This document shows, one piece after another, positions 1 through 8,935 of a DNA stretch of 64,000 nucleotides (its first letter is position 1; each line of letters starts with the position of its first letter). This DNA is from an uncultured delta proteobacterium (GTDB taxonomy: Bacteria; Desulfobacterota; Desulfobacteria; Desulfobacterales; Desulfatirhabdiaceae), in NCBI GenBank assembly GCA_963789395.1, contig CAWBKP010000009.1, forward strand, positions 32,001 through 96,000, in the 5' to 3' direction. The notes under the pieces are model-generated. The model was not told the DNA's origin. It did no database searches and was given only the letters and a program-made list of their open reading frames with translations. Both the position numbers and the translations under genes were made by a program.

Positions 1-1
1 A

Positions 2-1258
2 CCCCAAGACCACGCCGGCATGGGGCGACCATTCGGAATCAAAATCCGAATTGTCATAATAGCGAACACCCGCAGACGGTGTTAGATAAAAACTGTCTGC
101 ATTACCGAATTGATGGCTGACGGCCGTGTAGGGAGAAAGAATCGTGAATTCATGTCCGGCCCAGTTGTTCTGAACGCCATTGGTTGAATAATCGTCATAT
201 TTTCCCTTGGTGACATCCCAGTCAGCGCCGGTGATGATCTCTCCCCCGTTCCAGAAATTAAACGACTCCTTGGCCTTCATGCCGTAAAACGTAAAGTCAT
301 TGTACTGGTTTTCCAGAACTCCGGTTTTGCTGGTGGGCTGATTCAGCCAATTGCCATTCCCGTTGTTCTGATACAGTTGAAGATAACCCTTTGCCATATC
401 ATACCGGTTTTCAAGCTTTACAGATGTCAGCCACGACTGGGTTTCATAGCTTCCCAAGCGCTTGGAAGGAGCCGCCCCCTCCTTGCCCGGATCATCTGCG
501 TAATTGTCGTTTGCAAGTGTAAATAAGGACGTGCTCCAGTTGTCTGTCACGCGGTATCCGATCCGGCCGTAAATGTCTTTGAGTGAACCATCGGCATTAT
601 CCCGATGGCCCTGGGACGATCGAATTCCGCCGCCAACGTAATAATCCAGATCTCCTTGTTTTCCGCCGTGCTCGGCTGTTTCAATGAAGGTTCCGAAACT
701 GCCGCCTGCCACTTGCAACTTAGACACGTATCCTTCGGTATCCTTTTGCCGGGGAACGATATTGACCACGGAAAACGCATTGCCAAAAATATTGGGTTGG
801 GGACTTTTATAAATTTCAATGGTATGGGCCGGATCAATGCTCATCATATCCAGAAGCGGATGATTCCAGACGCTCATGTACATGGGAATGTTGTCCATCA
901 GCGTTTTGATTTCAGCCCCAGGCCGACTGCTGCCCATGCCCCGGATGAATAGCGCGCCGCCTGTGGCTCCTCCGAATGACCCGACAGTATTGTATCGCGT
1001 AATGTTGACCCCGGGCGCCATCCTCAGAGCCGATGCAATGTCCTGGGCATTCAGATCGCTGATCTGCTCTTCGGTGACAACCGTTTTTTCTCCAGCATAC
1101 CGGTCCACGACATTGCCATCGATGATGGGTGATGCAACCACGAGTATTTCCGGCAGTTGGTTCCGAGGCAATTGATCCTCCTGGGAAAAACCAGCTGAGG
1201 TCAGACACATGACAAAAAAGATGGCGACTAATCCACAGTTATGGACGATGTTGTGCAT
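2..1258 (-). CDS. TonB-dependent outer membrane receptor (3' end runs off the window)
   Basis: Not in the ORF track because there is no stop in the window. Manual translation from ATG 1258 (RBS AAGGAGGAG) gives a signal peptide, TonB-box-like EILVVASP and plug motifs (DIASALRMAPGVNI, LFIRGMG, IEIYKSPQ), then beta-barrel strands. Confidence 0.9.
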   Translation of the reverse strand, partial: MHNIVHNCGLVAIFFVMCLTSAGFSQEDQLPRNQLPEILVVASPIIDGNVVDRYAGEKTVVTEEQISDLNAQDIASALRMAPGVNITRYNTVGSFGGATGGALFIRGMGSSRPGAEIKTLMDNIPMYMSVWNHPLLDMMSIDPAHTIEIYKSPQPNIFGNAFSVVNIVPRQKDTEGYVSKLQVAGGSFGTFIETAEHGGKQGDLDYYVGGGIRSSQGHRDNADGSLKDIYGRIGYRVTDNWSTSLFTLANDNYADDPGKEGAAPSKRLGSYETQSWLTSVKLENRYDMAKGYLQLYQNNGNGNWLNQPTSKTGVLENQYNDFTFYGMKAKESFNFWNGGEIITGADWDVTKGKYDDYSTNGVQNNWAGHEFTILSPYTAVSHQFGNADSFYLTPSAGVRYYDNSDFDSEWSPHAGVVLG

Positions 1259-1339
1259 TCCTCCTCCTTGATAATTTTCTGTCATTTTCAATGGGATCAA
1301 CGCTGAAAAAACTGCTTTTCAGTCTTCAGCTTAAAGCTT

Positions 1340-2449
1340 TCAGCCCCCAGGCTTGGAATTTATAAAAGGCGCCGTTTGTCCGATGGCGCCGAATGCCTGT
1401 TTCATCTGTTCATAGACCGGTCTGCCCACGAAAAATGTATAGATTTCATCGGCTTTCTTTTCCAGGTCGATATCTTTGAAGCGGTCCGGATACAGGATTT
1501 TCCCGACGGCCCAGGCATCGGTAAGGGCCGTATCGATGTTGGTGGTATAAAAATTGAACGGATGCAGAATCACCACCCGGCGGGTTTGAAACGCTTTCAG
1601 CGCGTTATAGAATTCCGGCTTCTTATCGGTAATCCTCGGAGACCAGCATCAAGCCGCCGGCATCGATGAAAATAACATCCGGATTCACGGACAGGAGCGC
1701 TTCCCGATCCATGAACACATGACTTCCTTCGGATGCGGCGAATGGCTTGGCCACATTGCGCGCGCCGGCCCATTCCAGCGGAATAAAGTTCTTTTCGCTG
1801 CTTTCAATCCCATGGCTGCCCCGCATGCCCATCCCCCCGATATATGCGGCAGGCTTTTGTGCTTCGGGAATGCCTTTTACCCGATCCGACAGATCCGTCT
1901 GCAGCGCGGCGATATAATCAGGACACGGCCTCGGCCCGCTTTTCGCGATTCAAAATCCGGCCGGCTATTCGCAGGGAGTCATGGAAAACCATGTCAAAGG
2001 TTGCGAATTCGCCATAGGAGAGCACCACCACCGGGATACGCATCAGCTTCTGAACATCATCCGCCAGCGCCTTATCCATATAGGTAATGAAGATGACGTC
2101 CGGTCTTGCCATCAGGACCGCCTCCATATCCGGTTTCTTGTTGATGGCGGCCGGGTCCGCCCGGACCGATGCGGGGCAATTTCGCCAGCTCCGGGTGCGC
2201 CAGCCAGTAAGGGCGGCCTCCGGGGTTTGCCTTCTCCATCTCCTCGACCCCGACGACCCGGTTCTGGGCTTCCAGATACACGATCAGGCGGAGCGCGCCG
2301 GGGCCGATGCAGACGATTCGCTGCGGATCTGCCGGTACATCCACCCGTCGCCCGGCCGTATCGAGGATCGATCGGGTTTGCGCAACTGCCGGAATCGCGG
2401 AAACAAGCATCAGCATCAGGCATACACACCATTTCCCGAATGTTTTCAT
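1340..2449 (-). CDS. ABC transporter substrate-binding protein, FecB/BtuF-like (frameshifted; pieces 2072-2449, 1918-2127, 1623-1832, 1340-1576)
   Basis: Signal peptide, [31 protein letters not shown] and [13 protein letters not shown] motifs across consecutive fragments; RBS AAGGAG. Confidence 0.85.
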
Positions 2450-2465
2450 GAGAATCTCCTTAACC

Positions 2466-3218
2466 TCATTTCGGCGCCACCAGCATATGATCGCCCACAT
2501 TCACCAGCGTGACATCTACGCCGTAAACTTCCCGAATGGTGTTTGCGGTCAGTTCCTCCCTGGCTTGCAGGGCATGAACGCGATGGTCCTTGATAAACAG
2601 AAACGCATCCGCAAAGCGGACGGCCAGATTCAGATCGTGAATGGAAACCACGGCGGACAGTTCCTGTTCCCGCACAACGCGACGAATCATTCCCATGACT
2701 TCCAGTTGGTTCTTGATGTCCAGGTTGCTGGTCGGCTCATCCAGAAGCAGCACGCGGGGGGACTGGGCCAGCGCGCGGGCGATCATGACCTGCTGCACCT
2801 CTCCGCCGCTCAGATCGCATACCGGCCGCTGGGAGAGATGCGCCAGTTCCATTTGCCTAGAAGGGTTTCGACCACCGCGTAGTCCGCCGGTCCGACGGTC
2901 CAGCCCATGTGCGGTCTTCTGCCCAGAAGAACGGCTTCGTAAACGGTCAGGCGGGTGTCTGAGTGCCGCTGAGGGAACATACCCCATCCGTTTGGCGACA
3001 TCCCGCTGGGCCATTTGCAGCACGTCTGCTTTTTCCAGCAGGACAGTGCCCTGCTGCGGCCGCAGAATTCGGTTGAGGCATTTCAGCAGCGTGGATTTGC
3101 CGGCGCCGTTTACCCCCAGGACCCCGAGAACCTGGCCCTGTTTCAGGGAAAAATCGATGCCCGACAGCGCGGGATGGCTGTTATAAGAAAAATGGATTCC
3201 GGAAACCGTCAGCATCAT
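2466..3218 (-). CDS. ABC transporter ATP-binding protein, FecE/BtuD-like (internal frameshifts)
   Basis: Walker A GVNGAGKST, LSGGE signature, LLLDEPT and HDLN motifs. Confidence 0.9.
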   Translation of the reverse strand: MMLTVSGIHFSYNSHPALSGIDFSLKQGQVLGVLGVNGAGKSTLLKCLNRILRPQQGTVLLEKADVLQMAQRDVAKRMGYVPSAALRHPPDRLRSRSSGQKTAHGLDRRTGGLRGGRNPSRQMELAHLSQRPVCDLSGGEVQQVMIARALAQSPRVLLLDEPTSNLDIKNQLEVMGMIRRVVREQELSAVVSIHDLNLAVRFADAFLFIKDHRVHALQAREELTANTIREVYGVDVTLVNVGDHMLVAPK

Positions 3219-4239
3219 CGATATCCTCGAACGAGCAGGTATAAAAACATGGGCGCCCCTAAAAACGAGGTGATGACGCCGACCGGCAGCGCGCCCGATC
3301 CGACCAGGACCCGGCCGATCGTATCGGCCGAAAGAAGCAGCAGGGCGCCCAGAACGGCGGAAAATGGAATCAGCAGGCAATGGTCCGCGCCCACCAGGCG
3401 GCGGGCCATGTGGGGAGCGATCAGCCCCACAAAAGCGATCACCCCGTGAAACGCCGTGGCAAGGGCAGCGATGAGCGCCGCCGCCACCATGCCCTGAAGG
3501 CGCAGCCGCTCGACATTCACGCCCAGACCCCGTGCGGCCTCTTCGCCCGAATCCAGGGCGTTCAGATCCCAGCGCTGAATCATGAAGAATACCGACAACA
3601 TGCCGACGATCAGGGTCAAGCAGGCCGATTTCCCGCCAACCGGAACGGGCTACATCCCCGAATGTCCAGAAAACAACGGCCGCAAGCTGGATGTCCGTGG
3701 CCATATACTGAATGAGAATGGTGGCCGATCCGAACAAGAGCGGAAAGAGCGACACCGGACAGAATGATGGCTTCGGGCGAGAGGCGTTTGAGCCGGGCCA
3801 GAATCAGGATGATCATCGTGGCGGCCATGGCGCCGACAAAGGCAAAAAGGGTCACCGAAACAATGCCGGCTCCCAGAAAAACGATGGCCGCTGCCGCACC
3901 GAAAGCCGCTCCCTGGCTGATGCCAAGGGTGGAGGGAGACCCGAGCGGATTTCTGAGAAGGGACTGAATGCTCAGACCTGAAAGGGAAAGGCCCCAGCCC
4001 ACGACAAGACTTGCGATGATTCGGGGCAGACGGATGTTCCAGATCACAACGGCTGCGCCTTCCCCGGCGTTTCCAAGCAGTGCCCAGATGGCCTGCATGG
4101 GCGAAAGGCCATAGGCGCCCTGGGTGACGGCATAAATGGCCAGGATCAGGGTCAGGCCGAAGATGGTGGTAAGCGCCATCGTTCGACGGCGAATCTGCCT
4201 CCGGTATGACAGGGTAATGTTGTTTAAAACGTTTTCCAT
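3215..4239 (-). CDS. ABC transporter permease, FecCD/BtuC family (frameshifted)
   Basis: IRLPR, LRNPLGSPSTLGIS, GEEAARGLGVN, FVGLIAPH and GAPMFLYLL motifs. Confidence 0.9.
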
Positions 4240-4306
4240 GAGCTGACCTCTTTCACTTTCTTTGAAATAGGGGGCGTTATCGGGATTTTCCTTTTCCGTA
4301 TTCACC

Positions 4307-4367
4307 AAAAAAAAAGCCACGATGGGTACCCTTCCCAATTGGGAAGAGAACGCCTTCGTGGCTTTAT
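4307..4367 (-). terminator. Intrinsic terminator in the 5' leader of the ABC/TBDR operon (attenuator candidate)
   Basis: Minus strand AAAGCCACGA...CTTCCCAATTGGGAAG...TCGTGGC followed by T9; lies about 70 nt upstream of the permease start. Confidence 0.75.
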
Positions 4368-4493
4368 TGAATGATCCGGTGATTGGTATTCCGAAAAAAA
4401 GTCGGGACCTGGTTCACCGAATAAATATCTGAGTTACTTCAGACCGCAAGAAAATCAGCGGTCAAACGGCTACTGCCGCTTTATTATGTTTGT

Positions 4494-4522
4494 TTCATAC
4501 TCAGATCGGACAGAAAGGTCAA
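4494..4522 (-). promoter_or_regulatory. Putative sigma70 promoter for the ABC/TBDR operon
   Basis: TTGACC-N17-TATGAA on the minus strand. Confidence 0.4.
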
Positions 4523-4631
4523 GCATATTTTTCCCGAAGGCTCCGGCTGCTTTCGCCTTCGGGTATTTTTTCCGGCAGTTATCTCTTGGCCTGGATTTTC
4601 TGACCATTTGGGTCTACTATTTTGTTATATG

Positions 4632-4829
4632 TCAATCGATTTTCTCAAACAGGATTTTGTGATCAACCAGGTTCATCAGGCTGATTCTGCCCCTGATTAC
4701 TTTCTGTTCCCCGAAAATACTGACCAGCCTGTACCACCTTTGACCTTCTTCGGGTTCTATGACATCAGCGGATGCCATCACAAGTTCTTCCCGTTCGTCT
4801 TTTACAATATACGCATTGGCTTCACACAT
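4632..4829 (-). CDS. cooT: CooT-family nickel-binding protein
   Basis: 65 aa; begins MCEANAY with the conserved Cys2, has SIFGEQK and LVDHKI (conserved His). Confidence 0.88.
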   Translation of the reverse strand: MCEANAYIVKDEREELVMASADVIEPEEGQRWYRLVSIFGEQKVIRGRISLMNLVDHKILFEKID

Positions 4830-5247
4830 GGCTCAAAACCTCCCGTAGTTCATCTTCCACAAGAAATTTGATCATATGGGGCAGTGGTTCTTTAACTACA
4901 CCGGCAATAACGACCTGTTCCCGATTGAGCGGCAGCAGAATCTTCAATGCTGGGGCCGACATCACCGCTTGCGCTGACCGGGACGTAACCTCGCCCATCA
5001 TGGCATTTGCCCATGTAATGGCAATCGGTCCTATAATTACGTCGGCTTCGGCAACTGTCCGGACAATGGCATTTTCTCCCGAAGCACCCCGATTTGCTCC
5101 GGCTTTCATCATCTGAGACGTGGCAATGGCATTGGTTCCCACTGCCGCTATCTCAACAAATTCCCTGTAAATCTCTCTGAGATGTTTGATAAGAGAGACA
5201 CCGATCCCGCCTCCCTGCCCGTCTATCACGCAAATCCGCTTACGCAA
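4822..5247 (-). CDS. DUF3842 family protein
   Basis: VIDGQGGGIG, GTNAIATSQMMKAGANRGASGENAI and MMGEVT motifs; TTG start with GGGAGA RBS. Confidence 0.85.
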   Translation of the reverse strand: MRKRICVIDGQGGGIGVSLIKHLREIYREFVEIAAVGTNAIATSQMMKAGANRGASGENAIVRTVAEADVIIGPIAITWANAMMGEVTSRSAQAVMSAPALKILLPLNREQVVIAGVVKEPLPHMIKFLVEDELREVLSHV

Positions 5248-5348
5248 ATCGGATCTCCCATTTAACGCTATGAACAATCTCGCAGGCAGGGGGGGCGGAA
5301 TACCGCTTCCATGCTCTGACAGACCCGTCCGGCTTCCGCCTTACACCA

Positions 5349-5590
5349 TCAGTGCTTGTGCTGATGCGCTTCAGCGCCATGGTCCGAATGGTCATGGTCG
5401 TGCGGGCCATGGTTGTCTTTATGCTCATGACCGCCCGCGGCATCATCGTGGAATGGGCATGCCCATGTTCATGGCTGTGGGTATGATCGTGTTCATGGCT
5501 GTGCTTATCTGTGTCATGTTCATGAACGTGTTCATGGGCATGCGTATGCTCATGCGAGTGAAGGTGTTTGTGGTCTTTGCTTTCTGTCAT
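5349..5590 (-). CDS. Small histidine-rich metal-binding protein (about 80 aa after one-base correction)
   Basis: MTESKDHKHLHSHEHTHAHEHVHEH...; restoring one base near 5450 continues HDDAAGGHEHKDNHGPHDHDHSDHGAEAHQHKH to TGA at 5349; RBS AAAGGAAGG. Confidence 0.8.
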
Positions 5591-5615
5591 GGTATCCTTC
5601 CTTTCGATTAGATAA

Positions 5616-6041
5616 TCAGTTTGTTGCAGCCTGATTTCGGCCAGAGCTTTTTTCCGTCAGCACATTGAAATGACGGGACCCGGAATTGCGGACCCCATCG
5701 ATGACCCGGACCAGCAGCCCCACGGAAACGTCCTGATCGGCCCGGATATTGACCGGCGTATCCGGCGACCATTCCGGCTGCTGCCGGATCACGGCAGGAA
5801 TCGCTTCGATTTCAATGGCCTGGTCCTGAATAAAGACAAGTCCCGCGCGGGAAATGGCCACCATTATCCGGCTGCCGGCCTGAATTTCCGATGTTTCGGA
5901 TTTGGGCAGGCGGATCGTTATGGCCTGATCCATCGCCATGTTAAAGGTCAGCATGAAAAACAGCAGCAGCAGAAACACGACATCGACCAGCGGGGCGATA
6001 TCGATATGGCTGTGCCGTCTTTTTCTGCGTTCAAATTCCAT
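5616..6041 (-). CDS. exbD: Biopolymer transport protein ExbD/TolR
   Basis: IDIAPLVDVVFLLLLFFML transmembrane motif; IRAD motif. Confidence 0.92.
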   Translation of the reverse strand: MEFERRKRRHSHIDIAPLVDVVFLLLLFFMLTFNMAMDQAITIRLPKSETSEIQAGSRIMVAISRAGLVFIQDQAIEIEAIPAVIRQQPEWSPDTPVNIRADQDVSVGLLVRVIDGVRNSGSRHFNVLTEKSSGRNQAATN

Positions 6042-6576
6042 GCGTCCTCCGGGCCAATGCATAAGCGGCTGTTTCTTTGATGATCAGGGCGATTTCATCC
6101 AGCCGCTCTTCCAGAAAGTGACAGACCACATGCGTGGGAATGGCCACAAACAGGCCTGCGGCCGTGGTGATGAGCGCCTCCCAGATGCCGCCGGCCAGCA
6201 TTCCCGGATTGACCTGGGTCTGGCTGACGGCAATGATCTGAAACGCCTTGATCATCCCGGTCACGGTTCCGGTCAGTCCCAGAAGCGGGGAAATGACGGC
6301 GATCAACGATAGAAACCCCAGTCCTTTTTCCATTTCGCGGATCTGCCGGGTGCCGATGATCCCGATTTCTTTTTCATTTCTGCCGTCGTCGATGGCCTGC
6401 AGGACCGGAACCAGATATTCCGGTTTTTTCGTCAGAATCGTTTCGATTTCGCACGAGAGTTCCTTTAACACACCCTGAAACTGCAGACTTTTTTTCAGCG
6501 CGATGGTCAGCGCCAGAACCGAACACAGCAAAATGGGCCACATGAGCGCCCCGCCCTTGAGAAACATATCCAGCAT
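6031..6576 (-). CDS. exbB: MotA/TolQ/ExbB proton channel protein
   Basis: SPLLGLTGTVTGMIKAF and GGIWEALITTAAGLFVAIP motifs. Confidence 0.92.
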   Translation of the reverse strand: MLDMFLKGGALMWPILLCSVLALTIALKKSLQFQGVLKELSCEIETILTKKPEYLVPVLQAIDDGRNEKEIGIIGTRQIREMEKGLGFLSLIAVISPLLGLTGTVTGMIKAFQIIAVSQTQVNPGMLAGGIWEALITTAAGLFVAIPTHVVCHFLEERLDEIALIIKETAAYALARRTHGI

Positions 6577-6595
6577 GATGGATTGACTCCTTTTG

Positions 6596-7344
6596 TTATT
6601 CGCTTGAAAGTTGAAACCGGATTTTCAGAAGCGCCAGACAACTGACCGGCCGGCCGTTCCGGACCGCCGGGGCAAAGGTGGAACGCTTTACCGCCTGAAC
6701 CGCTTCTTCATCAAATCCGTTCCCCGCACCGTTGACCACCTCAACCCGGTCAGTTTTCCCGAAGCATCGATGGCCAGCCGAAGCAGGACCGATCCCTCCA
6801 CGCCGAGACGCTGCGCCATCCGGGGATACTTGGGAACGGATCTCTGAATGAATTGCGGGCCTCCCATGGCGCCGACTGAGGACTCGACGGCATGGTCCAT
6901 GACCCCCGGCATTTCTTCCTCCGGAATGGGTGGCTGAATCGTCGGATGGCGATGATCCGGCAGATACACTTTCCGTAGCCGGAGATGCCGCCTGGGATTC
7001 ATCCGCCATTTCCAGTGGTTTGTTTGAAAGCTTATCGGAATCCGGCGGGCTTTGGGATCGGGTGCGGCCAGGACCGGTTTTGGAACGGGTACTGGTTTTT
7101 TCCGGGGAGCTGGGGGCTCCCGTTTTGCCTGTTTGGACGGCGGATCAGCGTTCTGGCGGTTGGGCCGATTTGGAGCGGCAACCGGTTCGGGTATTTTTTC
7201 CACCGGGAAGTCCATTGGAGGAGGCTCCAGAACCAGCAACTGAATTTCTTCCGTGTGGAGATCCGGCTGTGTTCGACATGATCGGAAGCCAAATATCACC
7301 CCGTGAACCGCAACGGATAACAGTACACACTGCCAGGTTTTCAC
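6596..7344 (-). CDS. tonB: Energy transducer TonB (frameshifted)
   Basis: N-terminal TM segment with S-x3-H (LSVAVHG), Pro-rich linker, C-domain PKYPRMAQRLGVEGSV...FDEEAVQAVKRSTFAPAVRNG. Confidence 0.88.
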
Positions 7345-7461
7345 CGCAAAAATGTTCCTTGTGCCGTAAAAATGCCGTACATCAAGATAATCAGCAGAAC
7401 CAGCATGACACCCGCCACAGGATCGGGAAAAACGTCATTGGTGTGCTTTATAACGGCTATC

Positions 7462-7529
7462 AAAACAAAAAGGCCACGGAATATCCATTTCCCGCATTCA
7501 TGCGGTACTAAGGCATTCGTGGCCTTTAT
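7462..7529 (-). terminator. Intrinsic terminator in the 5' leader of the tonB-exbBD-cooT operon (attenuator candidate)
   Basis: Minus strand AAAGGCCACGAA...CCGCATGAATGCGG...TTCCGTGGCCTTTTTGTTTT. Confidence 0.7.
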
Positions 7530-7648
7530 GATTTTTTTGTTTAAGGAATTATATGCTGTTATCCGACTGCTGAAACTCACAGTTCGGACAATTCATACCA
7601 AGTATAATGCACCTTCCTGGCGCAGATTGATATTCCTGTTTTCATTAT

Positions 7649-7678
7649 TTTATACCCGTTGGAAAGACGGGCTGTCAA
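7649..7678 (-). promoter_or_regulatory. Putative sigma70 promoter of the tonB operon
   Basis: TTGACA-N18-TATAAA on the minus strand. Confidence 0.55.
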
Positions 7679-8697
7679 GGAGATTTTTTGCATAGAATAG
7701 TGAACATCGTAATCTCATCGCTTTTAATGGACGTCACCTTACCCGTTAATTGATTTCTGGCTCCTGGTTTCATGACAGTCATCTCTGAATGCATGGATTA
7801 TTGAACCCAATATAGCCAAAATTGCCGATCGCAAGCCGGACGGAAGCTTGTATGGTGCTGGTATTTAATGAAATAAATCAGCGTTATAAATCTGTCAAAT
7901 TCAATTGCTGCGGCCATATTCAGACACCTGAGTCCAGGATTCTGCAGCGCTGATGACTGATGTGGTAGGGATTTTATGGGCACTTTCTAAAGAGTGGCTT
8001 TATAATCCGTATGGAGGTGTCCAATGAGAAAGGCATCACTTATGCTTTTGTTATCGTTTGAACCTGGCTCTGGTTCAACGTTTAGAGGGGATGCGACAGT
8101 ATAGGCACTCCCGGGTAAGGTTTAGTCAACCGCCCGGTAGTGTATCTGTCTCGATAAAGGGAGGTTTACGAGTCAAGCGAGGTGAAGAGTATATGCTCTG
8201 AATCTGACACATAGCCCCGAGAAATTCAAATTTATTGGAAAGTGCCGATCCCTTGATAACAGGCGCGGGCAAAACAGGTTCCTCGCTGTTTTTGTGTGGC
8301 AAATCCATATGAAGAACCCAACTCATGCTTATTTTATCCTATTCGCAACATTTGACGACCTTGAACACTTAACAATACTATCACATTCAAAAGTCGATCG
8401 CCTTCATTTTCGAAAAACACATCTGGTGTTATAGTTCCTGAATTTTTCTGCTGAAGTTACTGTATGCTTTTGGAATCAGATATCCATCAAAATGATAACC
8501 AAAAGCTGAAAGCCCGTGTTTACTGGGTTTATCCCAAATCGGCCTATATGAACAATCTATGGGGGTATGGGTGAATTTATGGGTGCAAGCCAATTCAAAA
8601 GGTTATATTCGGTCCAAATAAAACAATTGGCAAAACAGATGTACACTGTAATATAAGTATGTTATGTTGCAGTATTTCGTTTTTAAATCCGCAGGCA

Positions 8698-8725
8698 GGG
8701 GGTTCGAATCCCTCCGATCGTACCA
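8698..8725 (+). other. tRNA 3'-end fragment (T-arm, acceptor strand, CCA); probable att-site remnant
   Basis: GGGGG-TTCGAAT-CCCTC + 7-nt CGATCGT + A + CCA in exact tRNA geometry; no matching 5' acceptor or D-arm upstream. Confidence 0.75.
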
Positions 8726-8732
8726 TCATATC

Positions 8733-8765
8733 AATGGGTTATCTTAACTGACAACCTATTTGTTA
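8733..8765 (+). terminator. Hairpin immediately after the tRNA fragment
   Basis: AATGGGTTATC-TTAACT-GACAACCTATT followed by TGTT. Confidence 0.5.
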
Positions 8766-8935
8766 TTCGTCACTGTCTGGATCGTGCCTTGCAGAAATAA
8801 CAAGTTATCCTGTTGTTTCAGGTCAGTGCCGCTGACGATATTGTCCCAGGAAAAAACGACCTTTTTCAATGTTGATCCGATAGCATCATGGCAACTCATT
8901 CTGGAATCCCAGACCTGAACATTGTTGCGAATTCA

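Noticed and set aside
2466..3755. 429-aa permease-ATPase fusion in the ORF track
   Set aside because: Artifact of frameshifts; the permease and ATPase have their own stop and start overlapping at 3215-3218.
4307..4510. Cobalamin or NiCo riboswitch upstream of the Btu/Fec-like ABC operon
   Set aside because: No B12-box or GCCACTG/GGGAAG architecture and no NiCo junction consensus recognisable by eye; reported as an unknown leader instead.
7341..7580. 79-aa ORF upstream of tonB
   Set aside because: No clear RBS, and it spans the leader hairpins and terminator; probably spurious, though a leader peptide cannot be excluded.
8650..8725. Complete tRNA gene
   Set aside because: No 5' acceptor strand complementary to CGATCGT and no D-arm at the required distance.
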